A DNA stretch of 54,007 bases from an uncultured Dehalococcoidia bacterium. Lineage in GTDB: Bacteria > Chloroflexota > Dehalococcoidia > Lucifugimonadales > UBA3495. Shown piece by piece: positions 39,021-48,006 of this stretch. The stretch spans positions 1 to 54,007 of the forward strand of contig CATMOE010000021.1 of assembly GCA_950072105.1 (NCBI GenBank), given 5' to 3'. The notes beneath the pieces are model-generated. The model was not told where the DNA came from. It did not search any database and saw only the letters and a program-made list of their open reading frames with translations. A program made the position numbers and the translations under genes. The stretch's first letter is position 1; each line of letters opens with the position of its first letter.

Positions 39021-39449
39021 GTGGATATAGCCCTCGACTTGATAAGGGACCTTACCAAAGACGACCGGGTGATGTGGGTTGTTGGCGGAGGCGAGGTGGT
39101 CAGCGAGAATAACTCCAAGGGGATCAAGGAACCGGAGTTAGACCGCGGCTACATCACCGTCGAAGCAGACAATTGGCACTTCCATATCGGCCTGGACAAT
39201 ATAACGGGGATCCAATTCGTGGAGGCGAAGAGCCACGGGGACATGCTCTCATATTATGTCCGATTCTCCGGCTCTAGCGAAGAAACCTTGCTGAGAGGGT
39301 ATTTCCCCAACCCGTACTTGGATGACGACAACCAGCGTACCGAGTTGCAGCCGGATAGGTTAAAGGCTTTCAACGATATGCGCGAGCAATACGAGGGAAA
39401 GGACGGAATCGTGTTCGCCCGTCCACCAGGGCAAACTAGCGGGACGTAG
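39021..39449 (+). CDS. Hypothetical protein resembling ChuX/HutX/HemS-type tetrapyrrole-binding fold
   Basis: GTG start with GGAGG SD. The segment HFHIGLDNITGIQFVE...MLSYYVRF....EETLLRGYF...LQPDRLKAFNDMREQY follows the ChuX/HutX pattern by eye. CDS is solid, family call tentative. Confidence 0.6.
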   Translation: MDIALDLIRDLTKDDRVMWVVGGGEVVSENNSKGIKEPELDRGYITVEADNWHFHIGLDNITGIQFVEAKSHGDMLSYYVRFSGSSEETLLRGYFPNPYLDDDNQRTELQPDRLKAFNDMREQYEGKDGIVFARPPGQTSGT

Positions 39450-39519
39450 AGGCCCATCGCCAACCTTGGACCGCTGGAGTCGGCTGGTTTTTAACGAGCA
39501 AACCTTAACAAATGAAGAC

Positions 39520-39704
39520 TGCCTGTTGGTGGCCCCGATAAATCGGGGCTGAAAAGGGAAGCCGGTGTAAGTCCGGCGCGGTCCCGCCACTGTAACTGGT
39601 GAACCAACCCAAGCCGCAAGGTGCGAAGTCACTGGCCCGATAACCCGGGCCGGGAAGGCTGGGAGAACGGTTGAAGCCAGAAGCCAGGAGACCTGCCACA
39701 GGCA
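39520..39704 (+). ncRNA. Cobalamin (AdoCbl-type) riboswitch (2)
   Basis: AAAAGGGAAGCCGGTGTAAGTCCGGCGCGGTCCCGCCACTGT ... CACTG...GGGAAG ... AGCCAGGAGACCTGCC; P1 tgcctgt/acaggca. Confidence 0.96.
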
Positions 39705-39751
39705 TGGATTGATACACTTCGAGGCAGAGGGTATGAATTGGACGGATTTTC

Positions 39752-39781
39752 GCCCGGTCACGAAGACCGGGCTATTTTTTT
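39752..39781 (+). terminator. Intrinsic terminator, expression platform of Cbl riboswitch 2
   Basis: gcccggtc-acgaa-gaccgggc followed by taTTTTTTT. Confidence 0.85.
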
Positions 39782-39882
39782 CTTAAGACGGCGCGTCTAG
39801 CTGTCCGAGAACATTCAGCGAGGACGGCCGGGATGAATGAAACCCACGCGAATTCCAGAGGTTGCCTATGGAAAGGAGTCGA

Positions 39883-40710
39883 ATGGATAGTAATCAAAAC
39901 CCTCTGTTCGACAGCATGCGCCGAGCCGGTGCGCTAAGCGAACTCTTTAACCTCCCAGTCCGGAAGCGGGATCAGGACGGCTGGCTCGAGGCTCGATCCC
40001 TGTTCCAGGACGATGATCAGCGCCTGCAGGACATGGTGATGGCCCTTGGGCGTGACCGGTGGGGCACCGGCAACCACCACGCCGCCTGTTCGGCCTTCGT
40101 TATTGCCTACCTAACCCGGGTCACCCGGCCGCTGATCTCCCAATACGTGTTGGAGCGCCGGGTGCCTGACGTGCGCTTGAGTAACCTGGAGTTCCACTGG
40201 GACGGCCAGCGTATAGATGGCACCGCACTCAAACGGCCGACCTTTGCCGCGCTTCCGGCTGATGTTGCGTCGAGTCACCAAGACGCCGTGGTTGTCGCTG
40301 ACGCGGCGGAACTCTACGCCCGGCTCAAGGGGTGGCTGTTCGACGCTAACCTACACATAGTGATTCCGTCACTTCGCCGGGCGGCGCGGGCCAGCATCAA
40401 AGTTTCCTGGAATACCGTTGCCGACTCGTGCGCCCAGGCGTTCAGCAGGCTATATGACATAGCGGAAGAACCCGAATCAGTGTTTAAGGATGCCGACGCC
40501 TTCTTCGGCGACCCATCGTCGCCGGTGTACCGGCAATTGGCCATGGAGGTGTTCGGCCACCGGGGTAAACTAGGCCTCTTTTCCAGGCGTTCCGGATGCT
40601 GCCTCTATTGGCGGACGGAGAAGTCCAGCGACTTCTGCTCCAACTGCATCTTGCTGACTCGCGAGCAACAGGACACGCGGTTCCGGGAGACCCTGGATGG
40701 CCGGAAGTGA
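39883..40710 (+). CDS. FhuF-like ferric-siderophore reductase family protein with C-terminal 2Fe-2S motif
   Basis: C-terminal RRSGCCLYW-x8-CSNC (CC-x11-CxxC, FhuF signature); ATG 39883 follows AAGGAG. Confidence 0.8.
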   Translation: MDSNQNPLFDSMRRAGALSELFNLPVRKRDQDGWLEARSLFQDDDQRLQDMVMALGRDRWGTGNHHAACSAFVIAYLTRVTRPLISQYVLERRVPDVRLSNLEFHWDGQRIDGTALKRPTFAALPADVASSHQDAVVVADAAELYARLKGWLFDANLHIVIPSLRRAARASIKVSWNTVADSCAQAFSRLYDIAEEPESVFKDADAFFGDPSSPVYRQLAMEVFGHRGKLGLFSRRSGCCLYWRTEKSSDFCSNCILLTREQQDTRFRETLDGRK

Positions 40711-40768
40711 GGGGTGGGCTGACCTGCCAACGACAACACGGATCCTAAAAAATAAATAGGGGTTCCAA

Positions 40769-42364
40769 ATGACATTTTTTTCTCGAACCATCCCAGTATT
40801 TCTGGCGGTGCTGGCATTAGCCGTCACCGCGTGTGGTGGAGCCGCCACCGCTGTTCCAGCGTCCACAACTGCTCCTCTAGCGGCGGCAACATTAATCCCA
40901 GCTGACAGTGGCAAAGACTCGTCTATGAATATCGCCGTGGTCTTTCTTGATCAGCCGCCTGACCCACTACAGGCAGGGTGGCTGGCCCTTCCGACAGGTC
41001 TGTCCGAGACCTTGTTCCGACTGGGTACGGACTTCAGTCCCGAACCATGGTTGGCCACAGGGGCCCAGCAGGTAGATGAAAAAACTTGGGAGATCACCAT
41101 TCGCCCGGGCGTGAAGTTTCACAACGGAGCGGGTATGGATGCCGCAGCGGTTAAAGCTTCCCTGGAACGGGCCATCACCCAGAACAAGGGCATGGAGACC
41201 TTGCTTGATATAGCTAGTATTGAGGTGATGGACCCCCTGAAGGTAAGAATTGTGACCAACGGCGCAAGCCCCGTCCTGCCTGGATTGCTTACCGCCAATA
41301 AAACCGCCATCGTAGATGCCGCAGCAGCCCAGGCCATGGGTGACGCCTTTCCCATCAAACCGGTATTGACCGGCCCTTACAAAGTGGAGACGTTCGAACT
41401 GGATAAGGAAATGGTGGTAACTCGCCACGATCAGTATTGGGGTTCTCTTCCCAAGCTGGGCCGGATAAAATACCTTGGCTTGGCCGACGCCAACAGCCGG
41501 TTGTTGGCGTTACAGAGCGGCGACGTGGACATCGCCGTTTACCTTTCGCCTGAGGGGACTTCTACGGTGCAAAACGACCCTAATCTAGCAGTGAAGTCCG
41601 CGGCGCCAAATGCTCTGACTTTTATGTTCGTCAACCACGAAAGAGGAGCAATGAATGACGAGCGGGTTCGCCAGGCAGTAGTCCTAGCTGTTGACCGTCA
41701 AGCCCTGGTCGGTGCGATAACGCAAGGCAAAGGCGCCGAGGCCATAGGACCATTCCCACCTGGATTCCTGACTTGTGATCAACTTCGTGCACACCGCTTC
41801 GAGCCGGAAAAAGCGAGGGCTCTTCTCAGCGAAGCGGGGTACCGGGATACCGATGGCGACGGAATCGTGGAAAAAGACGGCCAGCCCTTAGTCTTAGATC
41901 TACTCACCTATCGGCAGCGGCCCGAGTTGCCTCTCATCGCGGAGGCCGCTCAATCGATGCTGAAAGACATAGGAATCCGAGCCAAAGTTCAGTTGGTGGA
42001 ACAACCGGTTCCTGCCGCGAATCAAGGGAATTGGGATCTCTTTACGTGGTATAACGGCACAACTTCCACGGGTGATCCATTCTGGGCCCTTGACCGCATG
42101 TACACTACAGGTGGTTCGGGCAACCGTGGTCACTTCAGCAGTTCACGGGTAGACGATCTGGCCGCTCAGGTGGGGCATGCCATAGACCCAGCGGAAAGGG
42201 AACGGCTAGCTTGTAAAGCTACGCAGGCGATCATCGACGAAGTGGCGATAGTGCCAATACTGTTCCCGAATTTTAATTATGGTGTATCGAATGATGTAGT
42301 CGGGTTTGACGAGCCTCATCCGGTGCCGATGTATTTCATCGATAGCAACGTAGGGAAACGGTAG
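40769..42364 (+). CDS. ABC transporter substrate-binding lipoprotein, family 5 (NikA/Opp-like)
   Basis: Lipobox LAVTA-C; GLSETLFRL....PEPWLA, TWEITIRPGVKFHNG, GPYKV, ALQSGDVD, RVRQAV..AVDR, DTDGDGIVEKDG. Confidence 0.9.
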   Translation: MTFFSRTIPVFLAVLALAVTACGGAATAVPASTTAPLAAATLIPADSGKDSSMNIAVVFLDQPPDPLQAGWLALPTGLSETLFRLGTDFSPEPWLATGAQQVDEKTWEITIRPGVKFHNGAGMDAAAVKASLERAITQNKGMETLLDIASIEVMDPLKVRIVTNGASPVLPGLLTANKTAIVDAAAAQAMGDAFPIKPVLTGPYKVETFELDKEMVVTRHDQYWGSLPKLGRIKYLGLADANSRLLALQSGDVDIAVYLSPEGTSTVQNDPNLAVKSAAPNALTFMFVNHERGAMNDERVRQAVVLAVDRQALVGAITQGKGAEAIGPFPPGFLTCDQLRAHRFEPEKARALLSEAGYRDTDGDGIVEKDGQPLVLDLLTYRQRPELPLIAEAAQSMLKDIGIRAKVQLVEQPVPAANQGNWDLFTWYNGTTSTGDPFWALDRMYTTGGSGNRGHFSSSRVDDLAAQVGHAIDPAERERLACKATQAIIDEVAIVPILFPNFNYGVSNDVVGFDEPHPVPMYFIDSNVGKR

Positions 42365-42365
42365 C

Positions 42366-43313
42366 ATGCGGGCCTATGTAGCGCGCCGGCTGCTAATTCT
42401 GCCGGCGCTGCTATTTGGGATCTCCATTATCAGCTTCGCTCTATTAAATTTTGCTCCTGGAGACCCGGCGGAAATTATCCTCCGACGCCAGAATCCAGAA
42501 GAACCGCCATTGCCGGAAGCGGTTCGGGCGCTTCGACAGCAATTGGGTCTGGATGCTCCTTTGCCCCTTAGATATGGCCGGTGGCTGTTCGACGTGTTAA
42601 AGGGCGACCTAGGGGAGTCTTATCGCAGCGGCACTCCGATCATGAGCGAACTGGTGAAGCGATTTCCGGCCACGATGATGTTGGCAACGGCCGCTCTTGC
42701 TCTGTCGGTAGTGGTCAGCATCCCCCTGGGTATAATAGCGGCGCTCTGGCGTGGGTCGCTGTTAGACTCCCTGAGCCGGCTTCTAGCCCTCTTGGGCGCT
42801 GCGGTTCCCAGCTACGTGTTGGCTTTGCTTTTGATGCTGTTCGTCGCGGTGAAGCTAAACTGGCTGCCGGCGATTGGCTACGGGAGCCCCAAGAACCTGA
42901 TACTGCCGGCTATCGCGTTGGCGGCCGGGAGCAGCGCTCAAGTCATGCGGCTGACGCGGGCTAGCATGCTGGAGGTTTTGCAACAGGACTATATGCGCAC
43001 CGCCCGGTCCAAGGGCTTGAATGAACGCACGGTAATCATGGTGCACGGTTTAAAAAATGGATTACTGCCGGTGGTCACTATGCTGGGGATCAACCTGGGT
43101 CATCTCCTCGGCGGGACAGTCATCGTTGAGACGATCTTTGGCTGGCCCGGAGTCGGCAGGTACGCCGTCGAGTCCATCCTGCAAAGGGATTACCCGGTGG
43201 TGCAGGGTTTCGTCTTGTATATGGCGTTCATCTTCCTCCTAGCAAACCTGGCGGTGGATTTTGCCTACCGTTGGCTGGATCCTCGGCTCCACTTTGGCCG
43301 CCAGCCGGCATAA
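42366..43313 (+). CDS. ABC transporter permease (NikB/DppB-like)
   Basis: PGDPAE, LGLD.PL..RY.RW...GDLGESY, EAA loop DYMRTARSKGL, IVETIFGWPG.G, RDYPVVQG, LDPR. Confidence 0.93.
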   Translation: MRAYVARRLLILPALLFGISIISFALLNFAPGDPAEIILRRQNPEEPPLPEAVRALRQQLGLDAPLPLRYGRWLFDVLKGDLGESYRSGTPIMSELVKRFPATMMLATAALALSVVVSIPLGIIAALWRGSLLDSLSRLLALLGAAVPSYVLALLLMLFVAVKLNWLPAIGYGSPKNLILPAIALAAGSSAQVMRLTRASMLEVLQQDYMRTARSKGLNERTVIMVHGLKNGLLPVVTMLGINLGHLLGGTVIVETIFGWPGVGRYAVESILQRDYPVVQGFVLYMAFIFLLANLAVDFAYRWLDPRLHFGRQPA

Positions 43314-43335
43314 AGGGGTAGGCTTCGAGGTGCAA

Positions 43336-44208
43336 ATGGAGGGAACGCTACGGTTGAGGGCGCTGAGCCTCAGAATTCACCGCCGGCTGCGGCTTTTTTT
43401 AAGGGATCCGGCCAATGTACTAGGCTTGGTCATCGTTGTCTTGGCCGTTACCACCGCCATTGCGGCTCCCCTATTGGCTCCCCATGACCCCACGGACGTA
43501 AGTCTGCAGGACCGTCTGCTTCCCCCGGGCCGCGATTTCCCCCTGGGCACTGACCACTTGGGAAGGGACGAGCTTAGCCGCCTGCTCTACGGGGCGCGGA
43601 CGACCCTGCGAACAGCGGGAGTGGTATTGGCTGTAGTGTTTGCCATCGCGTTCATGGTGGGCACTCTTTCTGGATATTATGGCGGCTGGTTGGATACTCT
43701 TTTGATGGGCCTGGTAGACCTGCTTCTGGCTTTCCCCGGATTGATCCTGGCCGTCGCAATCGCGGGTACTTTGGGCCCAAGCCTGATGAATGTAATGATT
43801 GCGATGGCTGCGGTGTGGTGGGCCGGTTACGCCCGGCTGGTTCGCGGCATGGTACTTGCGATACGGAACCGGGAGTTTGTGGAAGCGGCGCGGGCGATAG
43901 GAGCCAGTGACGGACGGATTATGGTGTCTCATATCTGGAGGAATATTCTCGGCCCTGTGGTGGTGCTGGCTACCCTCGACATGGGTTGGATCATCCTCGG
44001 CATCTCCGGATTGAACTTTCTTGGTTTAGGAGCGCAGCCGCCCACACCGGAGTGGGGCGCGATGTTAAACGACGGGCGACCTTTTCTGCAGACGGAACCG
44101 CAAATGATGCTGTACCCGGGAGCGGCTATCTTTCTGGTGGTGTTGGGGTTCAACCTGCTGGGAGATGGACTGCGGGACCTGCTTGACCCCACTACCTATC
44201 CACGTTAG
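43336..44208 (+). CDS. ABC transporter permease (NikC/DppC-like)
   Basis: LGTDHLGRD.LSRLLYGAR, EFVEAARAIGA, LGLGAQPPTPEWG.ML, FNLLGDGLRD.LDP. Start moved to ATG 43336 (GAGG SD). Confidence 0.93.
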   Translation: MEGTLRLRALSLRIHRRLRLFLRDPANVLGLVIVVLAVTTAIAAPLLAPHDPTDVSLQDRLLPPGRDFPLGTDHLGRDELSRLLYGARTTLRTAGVVLAVVFAIAFMVGTLSGYYGGWLDTLLMGLVDLLLAFPGLILAVAIAGTLGPSLMNVMIAMAAVWWAGYARLVRGMVLAIRNREFVEAARAIGASDGRIMVSHIWRNILGPVVVLATLDMGWIILGISGLNFLGLGAQPPTPEWGAMLNDGRPFLQTEPQMMLYPGAAIFLVVLGFNLLGDGLRDLLDPTTYPR

Positions 44209-44317
44209 TCTGTATCCCGCGATTCGACTATTTCATCAAGGTAAAACATCGGGCGCCATGCCCGACAGGTAAGTCTCACCTGGAAATTCCCAAGTGCGGA
44301 CAATTGGAGATTAAGCC

Positions 44318-46435
44318 TTGGATCAACGGCCCGTACCCAGCTTCCCCTTTACCGGCATCGTAGGCCAGACCGCGATGAAGCGGGCTTTGCTGCTGAACGC
44401 CATCAACACCAAGATTGGCGGCGTTCTCATTCGGGGCAAGAAGGGAACCGCCAAGTCCACCGCCGTTCGCTCACTGGCCGCGCTTTTGCCCGAAGTTTCC
44501 GTTTTGCAAGGCTGCCCTTATAGTTGCTCCCCTGATGCTCTCCAGGGATTGTGTCACCTTTGCGACGATAGTGGCGGCGAGGGCTCGGCGGTAAGCCGCC
44601 AAGTGCGTATCGTCAACTTGCCAGTGGGCGCTACCGAGGACCGCTTGGTGGGGTCTCTAGACATCGAGCAGGCCATCAAAACGGGCAACCGCAGCTTCGA
44701 GCCGGGTCTCATAGCCACCACTCACCGGGGCATTCTCTACGTTGACGAAGTTAACCTCCTCAACGACCACTTGGTCGACGTTTTGCTGGATGCCGCCTCC
44801 ATGGGCCGCAACTACGTGGAGCGGGAAGGAATCTCCGTCAGCCACGCCGCCGATTTCATTCTGGTGGGCACCATGAACCCTGAAGAGGGCGACCTGCGGC
44901 CCCAATTGCTGGACCGGTTCGGTCTGGCGGTGGAAGTCGATGGCGTCTTCAGTGCCGAGGAGCGCCGGGAGGTCGTCCGGCGGCGTATCGCCTACGAAGC
45001 CGACCCCTTCGCGTTCATGGAGCAGTGGCGGGAGGCCGAAGAGGAAGAACGGGAACGCATCTCGGCCAGCCGGATGTTGCTGCCTCAAGTTCAGGTCGGC
45101 GAAGAAATACTGGAGCTGATCACCGATATATGCGCCGAATACCAAGTAGACGGTATGCGGGCCGATATCGTGATGTACAAGGCATCGAGCACCATCGCCG
45201 CCTACGAAGGGCGGACCCAAGTCTCGCCGGAAGACGTTCGGGAAGCGGCTCAGATGGCGTTGCTGCATCGTCAGCGGCGCCAACCCTTCCAGCAACCCCA
45301 CCTGGCGACCGAGCAGCTGGACACGATGGTAGATGACTTCCAGAACCAGCCCCGCCAACGCGAACCTTCGGATCAGGGGTCCAACTCTAACCAAGAGCAG
45401 GAAGACAGCGACCCAGACCCATCGAACCAAGACCAGCCTCCCGAGGACTCCGGTCCTCAGGACGAACTTTTCGAAGTTGGCACGCCCTTCAACATTCGCT
45501 CCCTGCAGGTACAACCTCCCGATCGCCGGGCCAGGACCAGCGCAGGACGCAGGGCCAACACCATTAGCGGCACTGCCACCGGACACTACACCGGGGCCAA
45601 GGTCCCTGAAGGAAAAGCCTCAGACCTGGCCTTGGACGCAACCCTCCGCGTCGCCGCCCCGCACCAACTGGAACGACGGGGCGAGCTGTCAGCAGTCAGC
45701 GATCAGCGGTCAGGAGAAGTTCCCGGATCTCCCGGCTTCCTGATCGAGCCGTGGGACATCCGCGAGAAGGTGCGGGAAACCAAGACTGGCAGCCTGATTC
45801 TGTTCGTGGTGGATGCCAGCGGCTCTATGGGGGCCCAGAGGCGTATGGTGGCGGTAAAGGGAGCCATCCTGTCCCTGCTGCTGGATGCCTATCAAAGACG
45901 GGACCGGGTGGGGCTGATCTCCTTTCGTGGGACCAGTGCCGAGGTTGTGTTGCCGCCCACCTCCAGCGTGGACCTGGCTGAGATGTGTCTGCAAGAGATG
46001 CCCACGGGAGGGCGCACGCCTTTGAGCCGGGGGATTTACTTGGCCCTGGATATCATAGAGACCGAGCGTATGAAAGACCGCAACGTGTTGCCGCTGATCG
46101 TTCTGCTATCCGACGGCCGGGCCAACGTCGCCATGGGCGGCGCCGGCGGGGACGGGAGGCCGGCAAGCAAACCCTTGGATGAGGCGAAAGCCGTCGCCGC
46201 TCTGGTTCAGCAGCAGCACATCCCCGCGGCGGTCGTAGACACCGAAGTAGACTTCATCCGGTTGGGCCTGGCAAAACCCATCGCCGAGGCCATGGGCGCC
46301 CATTACCTGATGTTGGAAGACCTGCAGGCCGGCAATCTGGCCGATGCGGTGCGCCTACAGCTACCCACTCCCGACGCTCCCCCTCTAACCCAAGATGAGA
46401 TCCAGGGACTTTTGGACAAGTTGGCTCTGTCATAA
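44318..46435 (+). CDS. ChlI/ChlD-type chelatase subunit (AAA+ ATPase, acidic linker, vWA); probable CobN partner
   Basis: FPFTGIVGQ, GKKGTAKST (Walker A), GATEDRLVG, LYVDEVNLL, GTMNPEEG.LRPQLLDRFGL; vWA MIDAS DASGSM, GGRTPL, LSDGRAN. Confidence 0.92.
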   Translation: MDQRPVPSFPFTGIVGQTAMKRALLLNAINTKIGGVLIRGKKGTAKSTAVRSLAALLPEVSVLQGCPYSCSPDALQGLCHLCDDSGGEGSAVSRQVRIVNLPVGATEDRLVGSLDIEQAIKTGNRSFEPGLIATTHRGILYVDEVNLLNDHLVDVLLDAASMGRNYVEREGISVSHAADFILVGTMNPEEGDLRPQLLDRFGLAVEVDGVFSAEERREVVRRRIAYEADPFAFMEQWREAEEEERERISASRMLLPQVQVGEEILELITDICAEYQVDGMRADIVMYKASSTIAAYEGRTQVSPEDVREAAQMALLHRQRRQPFQQPHLATEQLDTMVDDFQNQPRQREPSDQGSNSNQEQEDSDPDPSNQDQPPEDSGPQDELFEVGTPFNIRSLQVQPPDRRARTSAGRRANTISGTATGHYTGAKVPEGKASDLALDATLRVAAPHQLERRGELSAVSDQRSGEVPGSPGFLIEPWDIREKVRETKTGSLILFVVDASGSMGAQRRMVAVKGAILSLLLDAYQRRDRVGLISFRGTSAEVVLPPTSSVDLAEMCLQEMPTGGRTPLSRGIYLALDIIETERMKDRNVLPLIVLLSDGRANVAMGGAGGDGRPASKPLDEAKAVAALVQQQHIPAAVVDTEVDFIRLGLAKPIAEAMGAHYLMLEDLQAGNLADAVRLQLPTPDAPPLTQDEIQGLLDKLALS
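45684..45714 (+). repeat. Heptamer (TCAGCnn) tandem repeat inside the chelatase CDS
   Basis: agctgtcagcagtcagcgatcagcggtcagg; 29/31 identical to the reverse complement of 46508-46538. Confidence 0.75.
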
Positions 46436-46507
46436 CCCTGCACCCCTTCCTGTTTACATCCCTCAGGCGAATTGTTACGCTTTTATCCTATCTTTTAGAA
46501 AACAAAC

Positions 46508-46538
46508 CCTGACCGCTGACCGCTGAATGCTGACAGCT
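46508..46538 (-). repeat. Heptamer (GCTGAnn) tandem repeat upstream of glyQS
   Basis: cctgaccgctgaccgctgaatgctgacagct. Confidence 0.75.
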
Positions 46539-46556
46539 AACCGCTAGGAGGCTCGC

Positions 46557-47927
46557 GTGGCCCGAACTCTTCCTTACGCCGACATGGACAAGATCCTCTC
46601 TATATCCAAGCGTAGGGGGTTCGTCTTCCAGAGCAGCGAGATATATGGGGGCCTGGGATCCACTTGGGATTACGGTCCCTTGGGTGTGGAGCTGAAGCGC
46701 CACGTTAAAGAGGCTTGGTGGCGGTCGGTGGTGCTGGACCGGGACGATATGGTGGGTCTGGACGCCGCCATCTTGATGCATCCCCAGGTATGGGTCGCCA
46801 GCGGGCATGTGGAAAACTTCACCGACCCCCTGGTAGAGTGCCGTTCGTGCAACCGGCGTTTTCGCCTAGATCATCTCGCGGAAGCGGCGGGCATCGAAAT
46901 GGATCCGGCCAACCCCGCAAAGAGTTTGGAAGCTCTTGCCTGCCCTGATTGCGGCGGCGAGTTGGGCGACCCTCGCCAGTTCAACCTGATGTTCAAAACC
47001 TTCATGGGACCCGTGGAGGAAACTGCCAGCGAAGTGCACCTGCGCCCCGAAACCGCCCAGGGCATCTTCGTCAACTTTGCCAACGTAGTTAACTCGACCC
47101 GTAAAAAACTGCCCTTCGGCATCGCCCAGATCGGAAAAGCCTTCCGCAACGAGATTACCCCCGGCAACTTTACCTTCCGCACCCGGGAGTTCGAGCAGAT
47201 GGAGATCGAGTACTTCGTCAAGCCGGGCACCGACGAGGAATGGCTGCAAAAATGGGTGCAATCCCGGCTGGAATGGTACGTGGAATACGGCATTCGCCGG
47301 GAGAACCTGCGCCTGAGGCAACACGGGTCCGACGAACTGGCCCACTACGCTAAGGACTGCTACGACATCGAATACCGGTTTCCCTGGGGCTGGGCGGAGT
47401 TGGAAGGCATTGCCAGCCGGACCGACTATGACCTGCGCCAACACGCCGAGCACAGCGGCCAAGACCTGACCTATTTCGATGAAGAGACCAAGAGCCGCTA
47501 CTTCCCCTACGTTGTAGAACCTTCCGGGGGCCTGGACCGGGGAGTATTGGCTTTCTGGCTGGATTCCTACGACGAAGAGCCGGACGGTGAAGCGGTCCGG
47601 GTCGTCTGCCGGCTGCATCGCAAACTGGCCCCGGTCACCGTGGCTGTTCTGCCTTTAAGCCGCAACGACAAACTCGTTTCCACTGTCCAAGATGTCCATG
47701 CACGGCTGCGGCGTCACTTCACTACACAATTCGACGATGCTCAAAGCATCGGCCGCCGCTACCGCCGCCAGGACGAGATCGGCACACCCTACTGCGTCAC
47801 CGTGGATTTCGACTCCCTGGATGACCAGCAAGTAACCATCCGCGACCGGGACACCATGCACCAGAGCCGCGTTCCCATCGACGATCTCGTGTCCGTGCTC
47901 CAAGACAAACTCGAACACGGATGGTGA
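46557..47927 (+). CDS. glyQS: Glycine--tRNA ligase, alpha2 type
   Basis: KRRGFVF.SSEIYGG, DYGPLG, FNLMF, LRPETAQGIF, QIGKAFRNEITP, REFEQME, EPSGG.DR, IGRRYRRQDEIGTP. Confidence 0.96.
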   Translation: MARTLPYADMDKILSISKRRGFVFQSSEIYGGLGSTWDYGPLGVELKRHVKEAWWRSVVLDRDDMVGLDAAILMHPQVWVASGHVENFTDPLVECRSCNRRFRLDHLAEAAGIEMDPANPAKSLEALACPDCGGELGDPRQFNLMFKTFMGPVEETASEVHLRPETAQGIFVNFANVVNSTRKKLPFGIAQIGKAFRNEITPGNFTFRTREFEQMEIEYFVKPGTDEEWLQKWVQSRLEWYVEYGIRRENLRLRQHGSDELAHYAKDCYDIEYRFPWGWAELEGIASRTDYDLRQHAEHSGQDLTYFDEETKSRYFPYVVEPSGGLDRGVLAFWLDSYDEEPDGEAVRVVCRLHRKLAPVTVAVLPLSRNDKLVSTVQDVHARLRRHFTTQFDDAQSIGRRYRRQDEIGTPYCVTVDFDSLDDQQVTIRDRDTMHQSRVPIDDLVSVLQDKLEHGW

Positions 47928-47929
47928 CG

Positions 47930-47994
47930 AGCTTTCAGCTATCAGCAGTCAGATTTCAGCACACCTCACGGCTGACTGCTGGCCGCTGAAAGCT
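47930..47994. repeat. Inverted heptamer-repeat hairpin between convergent glyQS and the CapA-like gene
   Basis: agctttcagctatcagcagtcag ... ctgactgctggccgctgaaagct. Confidence 0.75.
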
Positions 47995-48006
47995 GTTCCG
48001 GCCTGG

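Noticed and set aside
39360..39761. Minus-strand ORFs 39360-39761 and 39505-39717
   Set aside because: Antisense to the cobalamin riboswitch; spurious.
44657..45586. Long antisense ORFs (309 aa here; also 8292-9119, 37167-37907, 46866-47618, 27641-28321)
   Set aside because: They shadow well-conserved genes on the other strand, as expected from high-GC codon bias, and show no recognisable motifs.
45684..47994. Heptamer repeats or REP clusters as a CRISPR array
   Set aside because: No regularly spaced identical repeats with unique spacers, and no cas genes.
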